Part shown: positions 32,768-41,726 of the stretch, piece by piece
Position numbering within the stretch: position 1 is the stretch's first letter
Layout of the letters: every line of letters starts with the position of its first letter
Assembly: GCA_003707115.1 (NCBI GenBank)
Contig: PPNB01000011.1
Location: forward strand, 1 to 64,000
Length of the DNA stretch: 64,000 bases
Direction: 5' to 3'
Source of the DNA: Tortispora ganteri
Taxonomy: Eukaryota
Position numbers and translations under genes: made by a program
Notes under the pieces: generated by a model
What the model was told of the DNA's origin: nothing
Database searches by the model: none
Seen by the model: the letters and a program-made list of their open reading frames with translations, nothing else

Positions 32768-33502
32768 ATGGCTTCTTTACCTCCAGGAGAATGCTGCAGC
32801 CAAGGATACCGCTACACTGGCGAGACTAAAGGCACTGTTACCGAATTTGCTGGTGTCGAAACGTATTTGGCTGGAGATCCTTCGAAAACCGATAAAGTAA
32901 TCCTCATATTGACTGATGTGATCGGCCCGTTGTTCACTAACGTTCAATTGATCGCCGACCAATTTGCTGAACAGGGTTACTATGTGGTTATACCCGACAT
33001 GTTCAATAAAGATCCAGTTCCACTGAACCCCACAGATCGTGACTTCCTCTTCAAGGTATGGTTCCCCAAACATGGCCCTGAGACTGTCTACCCTATAATT
33101 GAAGCTGTCACTAAAGAGGTCAAGGAAAAGCTCAAACCTAAATATTTTGTGGGCGTCGGTTACTGTTTTGGCTGCCGTTTCCTGGTTCATCTTCAGGCAC
33201 GCGGTATCCTTGACGCCACCGTTCTTAACCATCCCTCATTTGTTCAGGAGGAAGAACTCGCTAATGTCAAGAGCCCCGTTTCGATTCAAGCTGCACAAAT
33301 TGACGATATATTCCCTACAAACCTTCGTCACAAATCAGAGGAAATATTGATTGGCACTAACCAGCCCTTTGAAATTACTTTGTACTCTCATGTGTCTCAT
33401 GGTTTTGCCGTCCGCGGTGACCCTGATCATCCGCGCGAGAAGTTCGCCAGAAAGCAGGCTTTTTGTGCTGCAATTGACTGGTTTGCAGAGTTTGCACCTT
33501 AA
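32768..33502 (+). CDS. Dienelactone hydrolase family protein (Aim2-like)
   Basis: MAS.PPG.CC N-terminus, GYCFG nucleophile motif, HPS, HGFAVR. First ATG at 32768. Confidence 0.9.
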   Translation: MASLPPGECCSQGYRYTGETKGTVTEFAGVETYLAGDPSKTDKVILILTDVIGPLFTNVQLIADQFAEQGYYVVIPDMFNKDPVPLNPTDRDFLFKVWFPKHGPETVYPIIEAVTKEVKEKLKPKYFVGVGYCFGCRFLVHLQARGILDATVLNHPSFVQEEELANVKSPVSIQAAQIDDIFPTNLRHKSEEILIGTNQPFEITLYSHVSHGFAVRGDPDHPREKFARKQAFCAAIDWFAEFAP

Positions 33503-33578
33503 ACAGGCTTACACCATTACCCATACAACTTAATTTTATATCTTATATGCACAATTGTGAATAATTCGTAAATCTAGG

Positions 33579-35396
33579 TCATTCTTCATCATCTTCGTCT
33601 TCGTCTTCGTCTGCATCTTCCACTTCCGAGTAGTCTTCATCATCCTTTGAGTCACTGTCCACACTCAAGTCATCCGCCAGATCCTCGTCTTCGTCTTCGT
33701 CCTCGATCCGGATCCGTTTCGCAACCATAGAGGTACGTCGCGTCGCATTACTATACCCGTAGGCCGCCATCCAGGAGGGTCTTTGCCTCGTGTCAATCTG
33801 CGGGTAAACTAACTCGTACCGCCAGGCGGGTATATCAATTTCATCTAACTCATAACTACTCGTATCCAGCTGAATGCCCTCAGGCAGCCACATACCTCCA
33901 TGACGATTCAGTATAAGTGGAGTCCAGATAAGCTTGGCTGGATCCACTCGTCGGTAGTTTTTTGTCTCCCATGCCTCAACAGTTGAGTCTATCAGTTCTC
34001 TGTCAAAACGAATGGCATACCTACCGGTATAAGGATCTTTCAATAAAGCATTCAGCGACTCCATTGCCGAGATCACATTATCCGGCATCATACAAGTTTC
34101 ACGACAAATGTCGTTTATAGCAACATTTTGGCCTTCAGGCCGTTGTTGTAGGTACTTTGCAATAACATATTTCCAATAGGCTCTATAAGACAAAAGGCCC
34201 ATCTCCGACAACGGCTTTTCCGGAGTACCTAAGCGCTTCTCGGAGCGAGATAGTTGGTAAGAGAACTCGATAAGGAAAGAACCGTAGCCCTTTCGCTGAT
34301 GTACAGGAAGGGTCAATATACATGATACATTGTATGAAGCAATGGATCGCTTTTCTTTGCTGAAATAACCAACAAAATGGTAGCCACTCCTTTTGTACTC
34401 CGTTAACACGTAAAACATAAAAGGTTCGACGTCGTAGTACAGGGTTTTACTGCCCAGAAATAGCCTGGAAAGAAGACAGAGGTTCTGGCAGTAGAGTTGT
34501 TCTTTTTTACCATCAATTTCAAATACGGATATGTCGCCATCCCTGTATATTTCAGATCCTGGCGGGCGGTGAAAAGAACATTTTAGTTCGTGCCGCCACG
34601 CCACATAGTCGTTGTTGAAGTATTTGAGACAGTATTCGCAAATGTATAGAAGACCCATGCAGCTATATTCTTCGGGATAAGGCGCGGAATACCATGTTTC
34701 TATTTCATAGTCGCCAAATCGAATGCACTTGACTTTGGAAGCTGGTTGGATTATGTTGCCCGCTTGTGAGCCTTTGCGCTGTTCGGGAGCGGACTGCTCT
34801 TCATAGTAGAGCCATTCAGAGTCTGGGTCAGAACGTAGACGCTGAAGGCGCTGTAGTTGTGCAGCAAAGTAAGTAGTCTGAAATTGTTTATAGGTGTCAA
34901 AAGTGAGAGCCGTCTCATTTCTGTTAGAGTCTGGTTGCTTTAGAATGCCGTAATAGGGTTCTTCGCGCGCCGAAGACGAGACAAGGTCAGGTGGATCTGG
35001 CAGCAAATCAACATGGTACGGAGCATAAGAGTCTCGTGCAGTTGAATATTCAAGCATGCGCAACAGACGCGGGTGCATTTTTACAGCAACTATACATGAA
35101 TTTGGGGTGATCCAGCAATCGACTAGATGCTGACCCGTTGACGCAATTCCTTCACTGACTCCTCGACTTCGGCTGCGCTGATGTTTCTTAGCAGATGGTA
35201 GCGGGTCTTCAATAGAGTGATGCGATCTACTAGAACGATGACGTTGTGTTTCTGGGGTCGCTGAAACATGTTGATCAACAGTTGCTGGCATATTGGACCT
35301 CGAACGTACGACCCTGCCCGACCTGGTAGTAGGTAAATCAGCAAGGGGTCCAACTATGCCGTTCTCATTTCGTGACCGCAAAATTCTAGAAGCCAT
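33579..35396 (-). CDS. SAS3: MYST histone acetyltransferase, Sas3-like
   Basis: TWYSAPYPEEY, C2HC zinc finger, KTLYYDVEPF, QRKGYG, GTPEKPLS, acidic tail; no chromodomain. Confidence 0.82.
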   Translation of the reverse strand: MASRILRSRNENGIVGPLADLPTTRSGRVVRSRSNMPATVDQHVSATPETQRHRSSRSHHSIEDPLPSAKKHQRSRSRGVSEGIASTGQHLVDCWITPNSCIVAVKMHPRLLRMLEYSTARDSYAPYHVDLLPDPPDLVSSSAREEPYYGILKQPDSNRNETALTFDTYKQFQTTYFAAQLQRLQRLRSDPDSEWLYYEEQSAPEQRKGSQAGNIIQPASKVKCIRFGDYEIETWYSAPYPEEYSCMGLLYICEYCLKYFNNDYVAWRHELKCSFHRPPGSEIYRDGDISVFEIDGKKEQLYCQNLCLLSRLFLGSKTLYYDVEPFMFYVLTEYKRSGYHFVGYFSKEKRSIASYNVSCILTLPVHQRKGYGSFLIEFSYQLSRSEKRLGTPEKPLSEMGLLSYRAYWKYVIAKYLQQRPEGQNVAINDICRETCMMPDNVISAMESLNALLKDPYTGRYAIRFDRELIDSTVEAWETKNYRRVDPAKLIWTPLILNRHGGMWLPEGIQLDTSSYELDEIDIPAWRYELVYPQIDTRQRPSWMAAYGYSNATRRTSMVAKRIRIEDEDEDEDLADDLSVDSDSKDDEDYSEVEDADEDEDEDDEE

Positions 35397-35767
35397 TGTC
35401 CGGATTATAATGCAGTTCTGGCTTGTTTATTGCAGTCAACAAGTCTCAGATAAACCATGCACTTTAGCATAGAATCCGTGCGATATAAAGCAATCCAGAC
35501 AGCTAAAATCCAATTTTTTAATAGTAAGCTTCGGGTCAACAGTTCCGATAATTCGGAAACGGCTTCAAACAGCGGTTTATAATATACAGATCTCTAAAAA
35601 TATCGAAGAAACGCGTATGAAACGAACATCTATTATTGAGGAACATCACCAGTTCGTTGTCATGGATACAACACTGACCAATGAAATTCAACGAATAGAG
35701 TTATGGGTCCTTCCTCTCTATTCATCATTCTATCTTCGATTGCACCGGCGAAGAAATACAGATATAA

Positions 35768-36028
35768 ATGATTCCATGGGAAGCTCTTTTGCCATATGGC
35801 GTTATTACTGCCTTTTTGACTGTAGGTGGCGGTGGTATGGCTTTTTTCCAGATGGCAGGATACAAATGGAGGCCTAAGAAACAAAACCTCGACATGTGGG
35901 AAAAGCGTATGCAAGACAGAGACTATCGTTTGACCGGTGAAATGCGCAAACAAAGCGACGAAGCTGTCGCTCCTGAAGAATTTAAGGTCAACTCGTTCAC
36001 TAAAGTTGTTAAGCCATATTTGTGGTAG
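35768..36028 (+). CDS. NADH:ubiquinone oxidoreductase subunit NDUFA1/MWFE
   Basis: PWEALLPYG + TM helix, LD.WE..M..RD.RLTG..R.QSD...AP..F pattern. Confidence 0.88.
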   Translation: MIPWEALLPYGVITAFLTVGGGGMAFFQMAGYKWRPKKQNLDMWEKRMQDRDYRLTGEMRKQSDEAVAPEEFKVNSFTKVVKPYLW

Positions 36029-36227
36029 AACAATTGCTTCTGCGGCTTCTTTTTGAACGACAAACATGACGAATTTAGATCTAAAATTATATAATGAAGG
36101 CTGAAAATCTAGCATGTAGATGAATATACCGTAGGAAAAATTGAGCTAGCGGAGATCAAAAGGCAAGCATATTTAGAAAAGTTAGGGGGAAAAAAGAACA
36201 AACCAATGCGACCACAATTGCGTGAAC

Positions 36228-37430
36228 TTAAACATATATGAATGAAGATACGGAATCGTAGTTCTTGAACACATTAAGCACTTCAATGCCAGCATCTGGG
36301 AACAGCTCTTGAGTATCACGCGAGTTGGTAACCGGCTTGTTCATATTGTTCTTGACAAGAATATGACGAAGCGCCGAGTTAGGTATATTCTTTACGAATA
36401 TCCAGCGTAAAGAGAAAGCCCCTTCAGACGGTTTCGTTGGATCAAGCGAAGGTGTAGAAGCCAGCGAAGAATGAACTAATTCTGCAACACCGCAAAATTG
36501 TCTAGATTCGTTTACAGAAAAGTAAAGCAAAACTGTGAACTCTGTCTCCCCGCATTCTTGAGCTTGCTCGTGGCAGGACCAAAATGCGCGATGCAACCTT
36601 TGCGTTCCATGCTCTGTGCTAGACCAAGTGCAAGTATTATAAGCTTGTAAAACATGTCGCTCAGTGAATGATTTAATAACAAAAAATCTGGACACTTTAG
36701 CGGGAGTATAGTCGGGTGAATTGATTATGCGATATACCTGCGACGTCGGTCGCCTATTGGATGTTCGGGCGACTGTAGAAGATGACGAGGACCCTAAGCG
36801 TTGATCAGTGACTGGAGTAAAACATACAGATGTATTCACTGCTTTCATGCTACTTGGTTTCTCTGTTTCAGTTTTAACACTAGTAAGACAAAGATCGGGT
36901 TCAGGGGCGGTGTGTGTAAAGACATGCGCTTCAGGCGAAGATGAAAGAGACGCAGGTTTTAGCAAATCCAAACTTCTGGAAGAGACTTGAGATAGATTTG
37001 AGTCAATTGACCTTTTGCTCCAAATACTGGGAGGTGTACTAGCCTGAATCGGAGATGAGAACGTCGATCCTGATGCGCCAGAATAGGTCGATGAAGTATC
37101 AGCAGTCAGAAAACTAAAGCGTCGTTGAGATGGAAACGCGGTTTGCCCCCAGCTTTGAGATTTGTCAAAAGGGGAAATTTCTAAAGGAATCGATGCTGGT
37201 GTCGGTCTGGTAGCCAAGCTAAGTGGATCAGTCTTTCTAGCTAGCGCTTTAGGTGTATAGAGCTTAGCAGACTCAAAAGAGGGGTCACTGCGCTTGTTTC
37301 GAATAATCGAAGACAACAAGGGGCTTGGGTGTACTTGACTAGTTAAAGCATCATCGGAATCCGAAAACAAGTCTGAAGGAATATGCCAGAAATCAGCAGG
37401 GGAATACTGTTTTGAATGAAGTGGATCCAT
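36228..37430 (-). CDS. YTH-domain RNA-binding protein (Pho92/Mrb1-like)
   Basis: RFFVIKSF, WSST, FSVN.S..FCGVAE, KPVTNSRDTQE; Ser/Pro-rich N-terminus. First ATG at 37430. Confidence 0.87.
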   Translation of the reverse strand: MDPLHSKQYSPADFWHIPSDLFSDSDDALTSQVHPSPLLSSIIRNKRSDPSFESAKLYTPKALARKTDPLSLATRPTPASIPLEISPFDKSQSWGQTAFPSQRRFSFLTADTSSTYSGASGSTFSSPIQASTPPSIWSKRSIDSNLSQVSSRSLDLLKPASLSSSPEAHVFTHTAPEPDLCLTSVKTETEKPSSMKAVNTSVCFTPVTDQRLGSSSSSTVARTSNRRPTSQVYRIINSPDYTPAKVSRFFVIKSFTERHVLQAYNTCTWSSTEHGTQRLHRAFWSCHEQAQECGETEFTVLLYFSVNESRQFCGVAELVHSSLASTPSLDPTKPSEGAFSLRWIFVKNIPNSALRHILVKNNMNKPVTNSRDTQELFPDAGIEVLNVFKNYDSVSSFIYV

Positions 37431-38021
37431 GCCAATCACAGAGGCACTGATAAGTCAGGAAATGTAAGTGAAGAAAAAGGAATAAGGCAATACCAAGCAT
37501 CTTTATATATCTGGAGATATGCTGAATAGATATCCAAAAAAGGAAATAGACCTGGTTGCTGTGTATAGATCAGCATATCATTGCATCTAGTTGACTTTAG
37601 GTGGTGACAGTGGTGTCGATCGAACCGTCGCGAGCAGGAGAACACAGACCGACCACCATTTCAGTCATAGCCATCAATTACAGAACATTAGCGTAGAAAA
37701 TATAGTATGTTTCTCGCATTATATCAGTAAATATATATTCAGGGGACAAAGTCTATGCTGCGACACACAAATATGTGTATGTTACATTGACCAATTAAAA
37801 GGTGAAGTGTTAATGACAAAGCCTAGTTAGCCAATAAAGTAGGTCGTTGCCACAGCTTGCGCAACTGCTTTTTAGAATAAAGTTCATATCCGCTACTTAT
37901 ATAAAGGCAGATCATGTTTAGTTATTATTATACGCGTTCCATTCTTCACGAAATACGATGAACTAGCTATATATGAGATATTTAAAGGATTTAATGAATT
38001 GACAACCTATGGTAGTAAATT

Positions 38022-39014
38022 TCATTTTAAAGCTTCCATGGCCTTCTCGATTTCACCTTTGGAACCAAGCCAAACAGGCGTACGCTGATGAATGGTAGTA
38101 GGTACAATTTCCAGCATGCGTCTCTTACCGTCAGTAGCCAAGCCACCAGCCTGTTCCATTAAGAAAGCCATTGGAAATCCTTCGTAAAGAATTCTAAGCT
38201 TACCGTTTTTGCTTTTAGAGTCAGATGGGTACGCAAACATGCCTCCGTACAGAATAGTTCGGTGAACATCGGCTACCATAGAACCAATATAACGGGCTGA
38301 ATATGGCTTAGAACCATCCTTCGGAAATTTCAACGATTCAAAATAGGCCCTTGTTTTTTCATCCCAGTACAGAGAGTTTCCCTCATTCACTGAATAGATG
38401 GAACGTCTGTTAGGGATCTTCATATTCGGATGGGTAAGAATGAATTCACCTAGTGAATTGTCCAAAGTGAAACCATTAACACCAGATCCAGTGGTCAAAA
38501 CTAAATTAGCAGAAGCACCATACATTGTATAGCCGGCAGCCACCATTTCAGTTCCGGGTCGCAGCACGTCGTCAATAGTGCCTTCGGATCCTTCTTTTAC
38601 TCTATAAATGCCAAAAATTGTACCAACAGATACACCGGCATCGAGATTACTTGAACCATCGATTGGGTCACATACGACACAATATTTTCCATTTCCAGGA
38701 AAGAAAATTGGATCCTCTTGTTCTTCGGAAACAACAATTTTGACGTTCTTACTGTCTCTCATAGCGTTAACGAAAATTTCGTCACCAATCACGTCTAGTT
38801 TTTTCTGATCATCACCAGTTGAGTTGGAAGCACCCGCCAGACCCATCAAGTTAATAAGAGTTGCACGACGAATGTTGTATGCAATCGTTTTGAAGGCGAA
38901 CTGAAGCGAGTTTAATAATAACGTGAACTCGCCAGACGCTCCAGGTACTTTACTCTGCTCGGCCAAGATGAAGCGAGAAAGCGTTACAATATCAGTTTCT
39001 ACTAGTCCAGACAT
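38022..39014 (-). CDS. FBP1: Fructose-1,6-bisphosphatase
   Basis: GDDQKKLDV, DPIDGSSN, RYIGSMVADVHRT, GKLRILYE motifs. Confidence 0.98.
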   Translation of the reverse strand: MSGLVETDIVTLSRFILAEQSKVPGASGEFTLLLNSLQFAFKTIAYNIRRATLINLMGLAGASNSTGDDQKKLDVIGDEIFVNAMRDSKNVKIVVSEEQEDPIFFPGNGKYCVVCDPIDGSSNLDAGVSVGTIFGIYRVKEGSEGTIDDVLRPGTEMVAAGYTMYGASANLVLTTGSGVNGFTLDNSLGEFILTHPNMKIPNRRSIYSVNEGNSLYWDEKTRAYFESLKFPKDGSKPYSARYIGSMVADVHRTILYGGMFAYPSDSKSKNGKLRILYEGFPMAFLMEQAGGLATDGKRRMLEIVPTTIHQRTPVWLGSKGEIEKAMEALK

Positions 39015-39096
39015 TGTGTTGAATTAATATGCTTGTGTCGTGTGAATATCTCCTACTCAAAGCCAAATATGAAACTGGCTATTAGTGTATGAGTTC

Positions 39097-39107
39097 GAAA
39101 TCTGGGG
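39097..39107. promoter_or_regulatory. Candidate Mig1/CreA glucose-repression site upstream of FBP1
   Basis: gaaatCTGGGG matches SYGGGG with an AT-rich 5' flank, ~90 bp upstream of the FBP1 ATG. Confidence 0.4.
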
Positions 39108-39249
39108 TAGCGAAAGATCGTGTTCACCTTTTAAGTGGGCAGATTAGGGTCGGTCAATCTCGGGACAAGGTGTGAGGGGGACACCGGTAACTTAGCGGAA
39201 AAGCGGAACTAACAGGATTGTCTCATAGAAACTAAAGGAGAATTTCTGT

Positions 39250-39257
39250 TTAGGGCT
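39250..39257. promoter_or_regulatory. Candidate Tbf1 site in the snoRNA host promoter (second site TTAGGGTC at 39144)
   Basis: TTAGGGCT is the reverse complement of AGCCCTAA, the aRCCCTaa motif typical of yeast snoRNA promoters. Confidence 0.45.
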
Positions 39258-39421
39258 TTTCGAGCCAATTTTTAGGTCTACAAGGAGATTCAAAGCAACG
39301 GCGCGCCTGCTTCCATGGGAGACAGGCATACACATTTGAGCCTAGCATTCGATCCTAAAATTTCGGTACAAACACAAGGATATGGAACTGGTATGTGTAC
39401 TGTACATAACTTGATGCCAGA

Positions 39422-39510
39422 ATCGAAGATGACAAGCATAAAAATTTCAAACTAGAGTTTATGAAGTTATTTAATAACGCTCTTGATTTAATTTGCTCGT
39501 GACTGAAGAA
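39422..39510 (+). ncRNA. snR78: Box C/D snoRNA snR78 (LSU rRNA Um2421 in yeast numbering)
   Basis: Variant C box AAGATGA 39426; guide TCAAACTAGAGT 39447-39458 complementary to LSU ACUCUAGUUUGA; D' ATGA; D box CTGA 39503. Confidence 0.8.
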
Positions 39511-39639
39511 TCTGTTTCTGCCTAGTTATTTTGTATGCGCTTAGCGTATCATCATGAAGAATTTTCTTTGCTAACATACATTTATAGAATTGAATTATTT
39601 GCAACACAGGGTACGTCTTGAAAACATGAAGCGAGAGAT

Positions 39640-39720
39640 TAGGATGATGATTGATACAAAACAAAGTTGGAATTACCGACTGAATTCTTTTGTTGAGAAA
39701 ATTGCGGCACTTCTGACTTA
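39640..39720 (+). ncRNA. snR77: Box C/D snoRNA snR77 (SSU rRNA Um578)
   Basis: C box ATGATGA 39644; guide AGTTGGAATTACCG 39665-39678 complementary to 18S CGGUAAUUCCAGCU; D' CTGA; D box CTGA 39713; flanking stem. Confidence 0.9.
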
Positions 39721-39860
39721 TCTTTCACTTTTTTTTTGATATCGCATTGTATGCATAACTAACTATCCAGAACAATATAGCCGATGTATCGCTGGCGAGC
39801 ATTTTGTGTTATGTTTCTTACATTTGTATGAATTGGTAAGTGAAATGACTTATTGTGATT

Positions 39861-39974
39861 GAGAATGATTACTTTTTTCAATTGATCGAGGACGATTTAT
39901 AGCACTGGGCACTGAATTTTGATTTGATTGACAATGCTTTAATGCAGGCCTCAGAAACCTGTGTGACTGAGATC
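39861..39974 (+). ncRNA. snR76: Box C/D snoRNA snR76 (LSU rRNA Cm2197)
   Basis: C box ATGATTA 39865; guide AGCACTGGGCA 39901-39911 complementary to LSU UGCCCAGUGCU; D' CTGA; D box CTGA 39967. Confidence 0.85.
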
Positions 39975-40090
39975 AAGAAACTTTTTATTTCTATTTATGA
40001 ATCTTTTTTCTAACAAATTGCTCAGCTTATAGGTAAGTTATAACTGGAACAATGAGGCAAGTTTGTGTGTATGTGTTTTGCGCATACACA

Positions 40091-40180
40091 TTATTTGATG
40101 ATTTCCTAGATGACGAGTCGGACTGGGTTTTCCACTGGCGACAACTAATTTTTTTTAACCATTCATGCATAACTGAATAA
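40091..40180 (+). ncRNA. snR75: Box C/D snoRNA snR75 (LSU rRNA Gm2288)
   Basis: C box TTGATGA; TAGATGACGAG 40107-40117 and CCATTCATGC 40159-40168 pair with neighbouring LSU segments CUCGUCAUCUA and GCAUGAAUGG; D box CTGA 40173. Confidence 0.9.
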
Positions 40181-40319
40181 CTGCCTCTATAGTTTTATCG
40201 GAAACTATTGCTAACCATGTCTAGTTAATGGATGTTCCTTACTTGAATTAACAAGTAGGTATATTATGTTAAGTTACAGTGTCAGAATTTTTGATACTGT
40301 AATCTTTCTTTCTTTCTTT

Positions 40320-40397
40320 GGACAGGATGATATTTTCATTAAAGACAAGCATATGTCTGAAGGTACATGTGTTGATATTATAAGAATGTCTGAGCCT
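40320..40397 (+). ncRNA. snR74: Box C/D snoRNA snR74 (SSU rRNA Am28)
   Basis: C box AGGATGA 40324; guide AGACAAGCATATG 40343-40355 complementary to 18S CAUAUGCUUGUCU; D' CTGA; D box CTGA 40390. Confidence 0.9.
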
Positions 40398-40502
40398 GCG
40401 ATTGAGATCCTTTGATCGGAATTAAGAACTAACAAAAATGAAGTTTATATGGTATGTATTTATATGGATGGCGGGTTTGTCTGCATGCATATATTATTGT
40501 TG

Positions 40503-40585
40503 TTTTATGATGATTTATTCTACTCACGACGGTCAACCGAACTTCATTGACGAGAATGCCTATGACAGGGCTTTGATCTGAACAG
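40503..40585 (+). ncRNA. snR73: Box C/D snoRNA snR73 (LSU rRNA Cm2959)
   Basis: C box ATGATGA 40507; guide CTCACGACGGTC 40523-40534 complementary to LSU GACCGUCGUGAG; D' CCGA; D box CTGA 40578; terminal stem. Confidence 0.9.
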
Positions 40586-40700
40586 CAATTTGCTAATGCT
40601 GAGATATATAGTATTGAGGTTTTTGTACTAACTGACAGTTTTAGTTTCTTACTAAATTTATTAATAATTATATAATTAAAGAAGAATTTTAATTTATTTC

Positions 40701-41456
40701 TTAATGAGACTTTGATTTCTTAGTTTTTATAGATTTTTTTGATTTTTTGGACTTCTTTTGGATTCCAGAATATTTGTTTTCCAGTTTAGATATGAGACTA
40801 TCAAATCTATGAGCCTGGCGTTTCATTATTATTGACTTCAGATTATCTTCACCTTTTGATTTATCTATTCCAAGTTCTTTTGCAAGAGATTTAGCTTCAT
40901 TAGCTTCTTTTAGTGCCTTTTTCTTGCGGCTCTTCTTTTTCTTTTTGGACTCATTGATATACATGTCGTATGCCAAGACTTCTTCTGATTCTATGGCGCC
41001 GTCAATAATTTCACAAAATCTGTTATAATCATCGAGAATATCTGAATGTAGCACATTCTCAAAAACGAAGTCCATGTCGCCTTCTGATACTACGTAGAAG
41101 TGGATCACGTCTCTTCGCTCTTCTCCCGAACTGCGGTACTGATCGCGATCTTGTTCAATCATTTCAGCAGTGATAGGTTCACTAAACATGCTCTTAAAAA
41201 GTTCAGCCCAGTCAAAATCATCATTTATAGCCTGTGACTCCTCAATGCTTCCAGTAAGGTCGTATGTCTTACGTCGCTGTTCATCGCTCAGCACGGCGTA
41301 CGCGAGCGCAATCTCTTGAAACTTCACATGTGCTTCAGCTGCTTGATGAGCTGGAACTTTATCTGGATGGTGTTGTAATGCTTTGCGTCTATATGCGCCT
41401 TTGATTTCAGCAGTCGTCGCATTTGTGTGCACTTCGAGTACTTCATATGGATTCAT
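40701..41456 (-). CDS. J-domain protein, DNAJC9-like
   Basis: N-terminal J domain with HPDK; Y..S.EE..D, EA.EA..LAKELG, FD..I..LE.KY; Lys-rich tail. Confidence 0.85.
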   Translation of the reverse strand: MNPYEVLEVHTNATTAEIKGAYRRKALQHHPDKVPAHQAAEAHVKFQEIALAYAVLSDEQRRKTYDLTGSIEESQAINDDFDWAELFKSMFSEPITAEMIEQDRDQYRSSGEERRDVIHFYVVSEGDMDFVFENVLHSDILDDYNRFCEIIDGAIESEEVLAYDMYINESKKKKKSRKKKALKEANEAKSLAKELGIDKSKGEDNLKSIIMKRQAHRFDSLISKLENKYSGIQKKSKKSKKSIKTKKSKSH

Positions 41457-41726
41457 TGATTTTTTTTTTTTGCGAAAAGCGTTGTGGGGATCCCTCGTTT
41501 TGGTTACACTAGTACGTTCAAGTTTGTGGTTAGGGTTTTGTACTATTTACGCGTACTGTTCAGACGTGGTATAGGCTGTTTTAGGACTGAAAAAAAAATA
41601 ATGTAGATAATTATATTAGAGTAGATAGCAAAATCAGGTAAATTATATATAAATATATGATGTAGTGTGGGGTCTAATTGGTGGAATAGAAGATTGAATT
41701 AACGCTACACCTGAACTTACCTTTTT

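Larger units (their letters stand above)
39360..40680 (+). ncRNA. Spliced non-coding snoRNA host transcript with 6 introns (transcript ends approximate)
   Basis: Introns 39391-39587 (GTATGT/GCTAAC/TAG), 39611-39770 (GTACGT/ACTAAC/CAG), 39836-40025 (GTAAGT/TCTAAC/CAG), 40033-40224 (GTAAGT/GCTAAC/TAG), ~40255-40443 (GTAGGT/ACTAAC/AAG), 40452-40638 (GTATGT/TACTAAC/CAG); each holds one C/D snoRNA. Confidence 0.85.

Noticed and set aside
39315..40032. 56-codon ORF formed by splicing host exons 1-4 (MGDRHTH...CMNCL*)
   Set aside because: No recognisable similarity, the ATG may lie upstream of the TSS, and the nearer ATG at 39382 gives only MELN*. Probably chance; ribosome profiling would decide.
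41638..41726. Possible intron extending the APC1 5' end (GTAAAT...CTAAT...TAG)
   Set aside because: An in-frame TGA at 41712-41714 lies between the putative acceptor and the ATG.
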